A DNA stretch of 64,000 bases from Paenibacillus sp. (GTDB lineage: Bacteria; Bacillota; Bacilli; Paenibacillales; YIM-B00363): contig JBEPYM010000003.1 in NCBI GenBank assembly GCA_041641375.1, positions 11,848 through 75,847 on the forward strand, given 5' to 3'. How positions within the stretch are numbered: position 1 is the stretch's first letter; every line of letters starts with the position of its first letter. The position numbers were made by a program, and so were the translations under genes. The notes beneath the pieces are model-generated. The model made no database searches. It was not told the origin of the DNA and saw only the letters and a program-made list of their open reading frames with translations. Below are positions 56,493 to 64,000 of the stretch, piece after piece.

Positions 56493-57203
56493 TTAAGAGT
56501 GGAATGTTCTTTTTTTCGCTGGAGCAATGCTGCGCAGCTCTGTTTGCTTCGCAACCTGCTGACGTAAGATTAAAGCCCTAAGCGGTCGGAGCATTTCTGG
56601 CTCAAGAACATGCATTTTAGCTCCACAAAGGATCCCCTCTTCTTGTCGTTCGCGGCGCACGATTTCGAGCTCGCAGCTGAACTCAAGACCAATGTTCACA
56701 TGCGCCTTCAAGCGTGTATTCTGAGCGAAATGCGGACCATCCATTCCAGAAAAACCCAAACCAGATACACTAATATCTGTTATTAGCAGCTCTAATGGAG
56801 ACACTAGATCTATCACTTTGCCCGTCGTCTGAAGCAAATGCATGATCCGGACATTACCGGTTATCTCCACACGCGGATTTTCCCGTCGATCAATGAACCT
56901 CCGATGCACCTCAGGAGGCTGAAGAAGCGCGATTGCTCCTTCATATTTTGCGAAGACAACAGAAGGAAGCGATTGTATGCCTGCCGGGGAATAAATGGTC
57001 AGCTTTACCGTCTCGCCTAATTCGAATTGTTCGAATTCATGGAGCTCGACCTCAAATAACTCACCCTCGACTTGTGTCATCACACCTGTCGTTAAGAAAT
57101 TTTTGCCTTCTACAACGGTTCGGCAGTGTAGAAGGACATTAAGCGGAAGCAAGTCCCTCTCTGGATCGGGCCTTACTGATTTGTAATTCCTGTTCTGTGT
57201 CAC
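56493..57203 (-). CDS. PilZ-domain c-di-GMP effector
   Basis: RxxxR (RENPR) and DxSxxG (DISVSG); probable GTG start 57203. Confidence 0.85.
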   Translation of the reverse strand: MTQNRNYKSVRPDPERDLLPLNVLLHCRTVVEGKNFLTTGVMTQVEGELFEVELHEFEQFELGETVKLTIYSPAGIQSLPSVVFAKYEGAIALLQPPEVHRRFIDRRENPRVEITGNVRIMHLLQTTGKVIDLVSPLELLITDISVSGLGFSGMDGPHFAQNTRLKAHVNIGLEFSCELEIVRRERQEEGILCGAKMHVLEPEMLRPLRALILRQQVAKQTELRSIAPAKKRTFHS

Positions 57204-57283
57204 TCCCGCCAACCGCCTCTCTATTCCCGCATAACCGAAATCCACAGATTGAATAGAACAAAAGCAACCTTAGATTCCATGTA

Positions 57284-58948
57284 TCATTGCGCCATAACAA
57301 CACGATTGCGTCCTTCGTTCTTTGCTTTGTACAAGGATTGATCCGCGCGCGAGAATATTTCGCGTAAATATTCCTTCGGATCATCGAAGCTTAAATCCAT
57401 GCTCGTTTCCGCAAAGACGCCCATGCTGATCGTAACATTTACCTTCTCCTCACCCGTGTCAACCCAATTGTTACCAACAGCGAGCATAATTCTTTCTGCT
57501 AGCAGCTCCGACTGTTCACGATTCGAATGCGGCAGGTAAACCGTGAATTCTTCTCCGCCGTATCTTGCCAGAATATCCGTTCTCCGAAGCTTAGAACGTA
57601 CAATATCCGCCGTGCTTCGGATAACCTCATCCCCTACAAGATGTCCATATTTATCGTTAATTTGTTTGAAGTGATCAATGTCGAAAAGGAATATAGAGAA
57701 CGGAATTTGATAGCGCATATTCAACAGCACTTCGTGTTCTAACTGCTGCATGAGATACCGGCGATTAAAGCATCCTGTTAGACCATCTGTTACTGCCATC
57801 TGCTCGAGCTTCTGATTTACCCGGAACAGTTCCTCTTGGATCGTGATCAGTTCAAGATTACGCTCATGCAATGCTTCGTTTTTACGATTCATCTCCATCA
57901 CAAGCTTACGAAGCTCTGTAACATCATGAAAGGTGATAATTCTTCCGAGCAGCGTTTTACGATCATCTAGGATGGGGGCAATCTGAATGGTGACATGCCG
58001 GCCAGCATTTTCCTGCAGTGAAAACTCCATTTGCATCTTCTCGTAAGGATGATGAAGGTAACGATAAAGAAACTCGTAAACTTCCTCCTGTGCTTGTAAC
58101 GGAGATAATAGCTTCTCCATTTCGAAAGTCTCGCCTTTGGAGGATTGTATGAACGGAGATGCTCCTCGGTTAACCTCCAGCACCTTATTGTTCTCATCCA
58201 CGACGATTATTCCGGTCGTCATATGCTCGAAGATATCCCGTTGAGCCATACTAAGGATGTCGAAAATCCCGAATCGGTATATCGCCACAACAAAGCATAA
58301 ATCCGATAGAAGTATGCCTAGCGCCAATAACCCTGGAACAATCGGCAGCCATTCCGAGAGCAGAACATTTAGGAGTACATCCAATAACCCGAACCCGGTG
58401 AGCACGAACATTCCGATTAGGGCAGTTGCAAGCTGTTTACGTTGATTAACGGAGCTCACTGTTTTAAGTGAATGGAACATATTCATTAGTGCGGTGAAAA
58501 AGTAAGCGAATTGAATGAGCACGAGCAACCAGAACAATGGGCCGTATACACGTTCCATATAATTACCGCTTACCGGCGACATAAACAAATAATCGGGGTT
58601 CCACATCGCACCAACAACACATAATAAGGCTGGAATAATGTAACCCAACATACGACCTGCTCTTAACTGGGCAGCTTTACCAGTGAGGAAGTAAACAAAA
58701 ACGAGCCAACCGGGTCCGAGAAACCCCATCGCAATAAAAGACATATTAATGAAAAATAACTGATACTGGGGAAAATCTGTCATATAAACGGCAAACTGGC
58801 CAAGCGGCCATAGCATCATTATAAAGTGAAAAGCTAAATACACTTTGTGAGTTTGAGTGATCCGATTGAAGGCGATTACGCTTACGAATAAAATAAATAA
58901 AAGAGCAAATAGAATAAAATCAATCCATTGAATTCCCAAGGCGTTCAC
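57284..58948 (-). CDS. Diguanylate cyclase (HisKA_7TM-PAS-GGDEF)
   Basis: 7 TM N-terminus, PAS-like segment, DIDHFK, RxxD I-site, GGEEF. Confidence 0.92.
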   Translation of the reverse strand: MNALGIQWIDFILFALLFILFVSVIAFNRITQTHKVYLAFHFIMMLWPLGQFAVYMTDFPQYQLFFINMSFIAMGFLGPGWLVFVYFLTGKAAQLRAGRMLGYIIPALLCVVGAMWNPDYLFMSPVSGNYMERVYGPLFWLLVLIQFAYFFTALMNMFHSLKTVSSVNQRKQLATALIGMFVLTGFGLLDVLLNVLLSEWLPIVPGLLALGILLSDLCFVVAIYRFGIFDILSMAQRDIFEHMTTGIIVVDENNKVLEVNRGASPFIQSSKGETFEMEKLLSPLQAQEEVYEFLYRYLHHPYEKMQMEFSLQENAGRHVTIQIAPILDDRKTLLGRIITFHDVTELRKLVMEMNRKNEALHERNLELITIQEELFRVNQKLEQMAVTDGLTGCFNRRYLMQQLEHEVLLNMRYQIPFSIFLFDIDHFKQINDKYGHLVGDEVIRSTADIVRSKLRRTDILARYGGEEFTVYLPHSNREQSELLAERIMLAVGNNWVDTGEEKVNVTISMGVFAETSMDLSFDDPKEYLREIFSRADQSLYKAKNEGRNRVVMAQ

Positions 58949-59096
58949 CTTTTCATAAAGGGGGTAAAATCAAATGCGAGGTCGAACTATGTATGATTTT
59001 ACCATGGTTTCATTTTTTTCGACAGCAAAAAAACAGTTGCATCCATCAATTTTATGTATTCTTTAAATGAAAATTATGACTTTTATCCTCTTTTTT

Positions 59097-60287
59097 CTAT
59101 GACCTTTGGCTTAGCTCAATCATTCCTTTTTCCACAAAAGGGAAAACTCCCAATAAATCCCTAAAATTTTCATACTCTCGCTTGAGCTCTTCGCTATCTA
59201 AATTTCGTCCTTTCACAGCTCGAATAAGAATATTTTTCGGTGTATGCTCCAGATCAATAAATTCAAGCAGCTGTGTTCGATATCCCGCCAGCTCCAGAAG
59301 GTTAGCTCGAATGGCATCCGTCACTAAGGAAGCAAAACGTTCCTTAAGGATCCCATGCTTAAGCAGCGGCTTAAGAGTCTGCTGAGACAACTGATTGAAC
59401 AATTCATGTTGGCAGCAAGGCACTGACAAGATCACACTGGCTCCCCAGCCAATCGCTTTCAGCAATGCCGCGTCCGTCGCTGTATCACAAGCGTGCAGTG
59501 TAACGACCATATCGATATCTGAATGGCCTTCGAAGTTAGCGATATCGCCTATAAAGAAAGAAAGCTTGTCCCACTCGAGCTCTTCGGCCAACTTAGAGCA
59601 GGTTTCAATAACATCCTGCTTAAGATCAAGCCCGATAATTCGGACGGGAAGCTTCTCTTTAATAGCCAGAAGATGATACATCGCAAAGGTGAGATAGGAC
59701 TTACCGCAGCCAAAATCAATAATCGTCAATGGCTTATCTTGGGGGAGGTCCGGGATAACATCGGATACCATCTCAAGAAATCGGTTAATTTGCCGGAACT
59801 TATCGTATTTCGCTTTTACAACCCGGCCCTCAGCCGTCATTACTCCCAGCGAGATGAGAAAAGGAACGGGTTCTCCATCCGGCAGCACGTAGGTTTTGTT
59901 GCGATTGTGCTCTTGCGGGGCAGCCGTCTTCGCTTTCGTTGTCGAGGTGCTCGTAAGGAGTGACAGAGCTCCCTTTTTGCTGACGAGGATTTGTACGTCG
60001 GCATCCGGAGTCTTGAACAAAGCTTGCTTGTATCGCTCCATCGCGGCTAATAACTGCCCCTTCAATAACTCAGCACTCACATTATTATGGTAGACCTTAT
60101 TATGCTGATAATGTTCGAATTGATAGAACAACCCTGCTTTTAGCTTAATCGGACGAACCGTCAGCTTACGTGGCGTATCGTCATCCTTACGGCGTGGGGC
60201 GCTAAACGAGGCTTGCAGCAGCTGACCCCTTGAGACTGTGTCCTCCAGAAAATCAAGCCATTCCGTTGGTCTTGCTTTATCGTTCAT
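59097..60287 (-). CDS. SAM-dependent methyltransferase (Methyltransf_32)
   Basis: DFGCGKSYLTF, LHACDTATD, VPCC. Confidence 0.9.
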   Translation of the reverse strand: MNDKARPTEWLDFLEDTVSRGQLLQASFSAPRRKDDDTPRKLTVRPIKLKAGLFYQFEHYQHNKVYHNNVSAELLKGQLLAAMERYKQALFKTPDADVQILVSKKGALSLLTSTSTTKAKTAAPQEHNRNKTYVLPDGEPVPFLISLGVMTAEGRVVKAKYDKFRQINRFLEMVSDVIPDLPQDKPLTIIDFGCGKSYLTFAMYHLLAIKEKLPVRIIGLDLKQDVIETCSKLAEELEWDKLSFFIGDIANFEGHSDIDMVVTLHACDTATDAALLKAIGWGASVILSVPCCQHELFNQLSQQTLKPLLKHGILKERFASLVTDAIRANLLELAGYRTQLLEFIDLEHTPKNILIRAVKGRNLDSEELKREYENFRDLLGVFPFVEKGMIELSQRS

Positions 60288-60946
60288 TAAGCATTCTCCT
60301 TCATTAAAACGCTCCATTGCCTGCGACCTTCTTCCATTTCTTCGCGAGAAAGTCCTCCGGCTTCTAGAGCGGAGTCTTCATAAGCGGAAAGCCTCTTATA
60401 GAAGGAATCTCCTTCTTCTGGAGAGACACCTCCCGCCTCCTGCAGCTCGTATAGCAGATCTTCCGCAGCTGTTAACCGTCCGCTCGATTCGTGCCAATGC
60501 CACATAACCCTCAGTGTAACGGTATCTATATGATAGTTGGCCAAAACCTCTAACAAGCGATTAATGCGAGCTTGAATATCCCAGCCCTCAATCTCCATAT
60601 CTTGACGAAGCAAGTAAAGATTTAAACGTAATGCTTTGGAAAGTCGTGGAACACTCTCCTCTGTTGAGCCGAGATCGGCAAACAGCTCTCCTTCTTCTTG
60701 GAGAAATGCCGCAACAACAGCAACCGACTCAGCGTTGGGCGCTCCTGTCACCGAAAGCATGGACAACAAATCTTCATCGGACAAGCCCATAGCTAGACGG
60801 GAGCGCAGCCGCAGCTCCCTTCCTAGAAACTCATCAATGAGATCGAGCGCTTCCTGTTGCTTATTCTGCTCTCGCAACCCCATTGCTTTACCTAACACAA
60901 TTCCTGCTTTGGTTAATAGTCTGATTAAGTAATCACGTTCAAACAC
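60287..60946 (-). CDS. DUF6483-like protein
   Basis: 'FERDYLIRL..AAEDLLY..LEAGGLSREE' pattern; probable GTG start. Confidence 0.65.
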   Translation of the reverse strand: MFERDYLIRLLTKAGIVLGKAMGLREQNKQQEALDLIDEFLGRELRLRSRLAMGLSDEDLLSMLSVTGAPNAESVAVVAAFLQEEGELFADLGSTEESVPRLSKALRLNLYLLRQDMEIEGWDIQARINRLLEVLANYHIDTVTLRVMWHWHESSGRLTAAEDLLYELQEAGGVSPEEGDSFYKRLSAYEDSALEAGGLSREEMEEGRRQWSVLMKENA

Positions 60947-61745
60947 GCTCCGGCCCCCGATTCTGCTCGAGGAAAGAACCAATTGCTATTGAGAAAGCTT
61001 CTGGGTCCTCGATCATTCCCATATGTGCAACTCGGCCGAGCGTAAGCGCAGTAACGTTATCCTTCGAGACAGGAAATCTTCGCTCCGGAGGGATAACTTC
61101 GTCGAGTTCTCCTGCAATCAGGAGGATCGGTTTATCAAGATGCTCTAGAACATCGGTACGGTCGGGTCTATTCTTCATTCCTAGCGCACAACCAATGGCT
61201 CCTTGAGAAGATGTCTTATAGCCAATCTCTTTTGCCTTCTCTAATTGCTCAGGCATGCTAAGTCTATGAGTCGCTGCGAACAACTTTGGTATCAGTCCAT
61301 CCACGAAAGAATTAACTCCATTTTCCGCAATCGTCTCCGCCGCCTTCAATCGATTGGCTTGCGCAGCTTCAGCATCCGGGAGGGAGGTGGAGTGCACCAA
61401 GCCCAACGTGAGTATACGTTCAGGATATCGTTCCGCGAACGCTAAGGCAATGTAACCGCCCAAGGAATGACCGAATAGATTGACTTTAGACAGCTTGAGT
61501 TCGTCTAACAATGAGACAATATCGTCCGCTAATACTTCCATTGAATAATCGCCCTCATTAGCTGAAGAAGCACCATGTCCACGCAGGTCGACGGCGATCA
61601 CACGACCACGCGAGGAGAGCAGCGGAATAACTTCATCCCAGTAATGATGGCTTCCGCAATAACCGTGCAGCAATACGATCGGCTGACCGCTCCCTGCTTC
61701 TACATAGGCGATTTCCATTCCGTTATTGAGACTTATCATCTTCAT
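60939..61745 (-). CDS. Alpha/beta-fold hydrolase
   Basis: LLHG, DLRGHG, GHSLGG nucleophile elbow. Confidence 0.93.
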   Translation of the reverse strand: MKMISLNNGMEIAYVEAGSGQPIVLLHGYCGSHHYWDEVIPLLSSRGRVIAVDLRGHGASSANEGDYSMEVLADDIVSLLDELKLSKVNLFGHSLGGYIALAFAERYPERILTLGLVHSTSLPDAEAAQANRLKAAETIAENGVNSFVDGLIPKLFAATHRLSMPEQLEKAKEIGYKTSSQGAIGCALGMKNRPDRTDVLEHLDKPILLIAGELDEVIPPERRFPVSKDNVTALTLGRVAHMGMIEDPEAFSIAIGSFLEQNRGPERV

Positions 61746-61764
61746 TTCATTTTCACCCTCTCTT

Positions 61765-62283
61765 CTATTTCATGTTCCATTGTTCACTTATCGATTCCGA
61801 TATTTCTCTGGCCATACCCATAACACGGTAAAGCGAGGTTGATTGCAATGTCCAATAGGGCTTCGGGCTTAAGGCATTTACAATCCCCGCAATACTGTAT
61901 TCACCAATCGCCGCAAGCCCTTTACCGACTGATTGAGCCGGAAATAAAGGTCCATTCTTAACGAGATAGCTTCCTACATTCTCGGAACGCCCCAGACAAG
62001 CATCTACTGCAACAATTGTACCCATTTCCGCCAACTTAGGAACAAGATTCGGCAAACGGTCTGCATCGCACGGATATTCCAGGGTTCCGATTACGCGGGT
62101 GAAGCCTTGTTCTAGCAGCATCGATCCAACCCAAGGCCCTAGACTATCCCCTGTTGAACGATCCGTTCCAATACAGAGGAACGATACCTCATCCATGGCA
62201 TGCTTGTCTGCTATTTGTCTCATGAAAGCTGACAGTCCCGACATGTCTACCCGCTGAGCCGTTTGCTTCTCCCGGTCCGTCAT
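61765..62283 (-). CDS. yyaC: Spore protease YyaC family
   Basis: 'CIGTDRSTGDSLGP', 'AVDACLG'. Confidence 0.88.
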   Translation of the reverse strand: MTDREKQTAQRVDMSGLSAFMRQIADKHAMDEVSFLCIGTDRSTGDSLGPWVGSMLLEQGFTRVIGTLEYPCDADRLPNLVPKLAEMGTIVAVDACLGRSENVGSYLVKNGPLFPAQSVGKGLAAIGEYSIAGIVNALSPKPYWTLQSTSLYRVMGMAREISESISEQWNMK

Positions 62284-62451
62284 TTCTTCCTCCCGATTTA
62301 GAACAAATCTCAATCATCGATCTTTCCTTCAGGTTACCATTCTGTAATATGAAATGCCACTTCCGCAGCTACTGAATTGTTTTTGACGGCATACCTTCTC
62401 ACTATGATACAATAGCATCATCCCAATTTCGGTCAGAGAGGAAGAGATAAA

Positions 62452-62673
62452 ATGAATTTAAACGAGCCGACTCAGCAAAATGTTGAATATATGATCGAGG
62501 CAATCAAAACAAAGCTCCGTATGGCAACGGGTGCCGCGATGCAAGCATCCAGCTTTTCGATCGCACGTTATGAGGACATCAAAGATATTTACGATATGAT
62601 CTCATCGAAAGACAGGTTTAGCATCAGCGAGGTTGAAGCACTCGTCTCCGAATTGGGCAAGCTGCGGGCTTAA
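62452..62673 (+). CDS. DUF1128 family protein
   Basis: 'NVEYMIEAIKTKLRM..FSISEVEALVSELGKLR'; terminator 62690-62732. Confidence 0.8.
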   Translation: MNLNEPTQQNVEYMIEAIKTKLRMATGAAMQASSFSIARYEDIKDIYDMISSKDRFSISEVEALVSELGKLRA

Positions 62674-62987
62674 ACGGGAATAATGATGGGGAGGCAGTCC
62701 ATAACTTCTTATGGACTGTCCTCCTTTTTTTTGCCTATCCGTACATTCTCGTACCCAGTTTTAAATATAACGCTATAATTCTTCTGAGAGACTAGCTGCG
62801 TTTATACTACTACACGATCATATTCGAGAATTTAATAGCACTTTTACATTAAAGTGAATACATTGGTGAAAAACCTTCCTACGCAAAAACCCAACCTTCT
62901 CCAAGGATAAACTTGGAGAGGGTTGGGTTTTTTGCTCGATCTGAGTCTAGCTGGCCTGTAATGCGGTTATTTCGCTCTGACTTTATA

Positions 62988-63363
62988 TTCTACGGCTCTG
63001 TTGCTTGGGTGCTTCGGTTGGGTGCTGTAGCTGTAGATTCTACGGCTACTGTTGCTTGTCTATGTCGGTTGGGTGCTATAGCTGTAGATTCTACGGCTAC
63101 TGTTGCTTGGGTGCGTCGGTTGGGTGCTGTAGCTGTAGATTCTACGGCTCTGTTGCTTGGGTGCTTCGGTTGGGTGCTGTAGCTGTAGATTCTACGGCTA
63201 CTGTTGCTTGGGTGCGTCGGTTGGGTGCTGTAGCTGTAGATTCTACGGCTACTGTTGCTTGGGTGCTTCGGTTGGGTGCTGTAGCTGTAGATTCTACGGC
63301 TACTGTTGCTTGGGTGCGTCGGTTGGGTGCTGTAGCTGTAGTTTCTACGGCTACTATTGCTTG
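62988..63363. repeat. Intergenic tandem repeat, 50-51-bp unit, 7 copies plus partial
   Basis: Unit TTCTACGGCTACTGTTGCTTGGGTGC(T/G)TCGGTTGGGTGCTGTAGCTGTAGA starting at 62988, 63038, 63089, 63140, 63190, 63241, 63292, 63343. Confidence 0.95.
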
Positions 63364-63486
63364 AGTGAGTGTGTTGGGTGCCAGCTCGCGTTCACCGCCT
63401 AGCTAGCCTTTTTCAACGCTCTCATTGCTCAGCAGCGCAGCGCCTCTTTACTGGATTTCTTTTATCGAAATCGCAGCTATCATTCC

Positions 63487-64000
63487 TTAGATAAGCCCGC
63501 TTAGCTTCAAGAAGCGGTGGAAGGCCTCACGCCCTTCAGCATCGCACTTGTATACTCCGGCATCCTTTAGTACAGCATGAAACTTATCTCCCACCGCATC
63601 CTGCAGCAATTGTTCTGCGGCTTCTGCAGATTGCTCCGTGCCATGAAGCCGCACCAGCTCTGCAACCCATTCCGCATGCTTATTCAACGGATGCGTAAGT
63701 GAAGCCATGGAAGCCGAATTGTACGCCTCTTGCCCTCCGAGAATATCCGCTATTCGGCTCATTTCAGACTGCAGTCTGCCCGGCAAGACCGCCAAGCCCA
63801 TTACTTCGATCAGGCCGATATTTTCTTTCTTAATGTGATGAAGCTCTTGATGAGGATGAAATATGCCATCCGGATGCTCATCACTCGTCCGGTTATTCCG
63901 CAGTACTAAATCCAGCTCATAAACTCCATTATCCTTGAACCGCGCAATCGGTGTAATCGTATTGTGCTCCACCCGTCCATCCGCTTTAACGCTGTATGCA
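63487..64000 (-). CDS. galT: Galactose-1-phosphate uridylyltransferase class II, C-terminal part
   Basis: 'HNTITPIAR', 'LVLRNN', 'GIFHPH', 'HIKKENIGLIEVMGLAVLPGRL'. Confidence 0.93.
   Translation of the reverse strand, partial: AYSVKADGRVEHNTITPIARFKDNGVYELDLVLRNNRTSDEHPDGIFHPHQELHHIKKENIGLIEVMGLAVLPGRLQSEMSRIADILGGQEAYNSASMASLTHPLNKHAEWVAELVRLHGTEQSAEAAEQLLQDAVGDKFHAVLKDAGVYKCDAEGREAFHRFLKLSGLI

Noticed and set aside
62913-63402. CRISPR array or repeat-encoded proteins
   Set aside because: Sequences between palindromes are near-identical, not unique spacers; no cas genes; 1-bp deletions shift the ORF frames

Overview
Chromosomal window from a Bacillota genome; gene content suggests Paenibacillaceae (inference). 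A ~46.4-kb apparently intact temperate prophage (3915-50334) with a large serine recombinase is inserted inside the cpaF/tadA ATPase gene of a Tad/Flp-pilus-like operon, at the codon after the Walker B glutamate. The two ends reconstruct an attP (19-bp imperfect inverted arms around a TT/AA core) and an attB that restores an in-frame ~468-aa ATPase. The morphogenesis module is podovirus-like (P22-type portal, adaptors, nozzle, tailspike, two ejection-type proteins, no tape-measure or tail-tube gene). It is followed by a second immunity cassette arranged like P22 sieA-immI. Three RNA-level elements not in the ORF track were found by eye. (1) At 5305-6000, convergent promoters, a ~70-nt antisense RNA and an attenuator precede a ~500-nt structured non-coding RNA ending in a G-rich tract (candidate protein-independent replicon). 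(2) Next to the integrase, a 36-aa Zn-finger-like mini-gene is followed by a tandem sRNA complementary to its start region. (3) A ~370-nt structured late leader. Host genes right of the phage are ordinary (rest of tad operon, MBL hydrolase, DedA, PilZ, GGDEF, methyltransferase, YyaC, 51-bp tandem repeat, galT). All assignments come from motif recognition and manual base-pairing; no searches were run.
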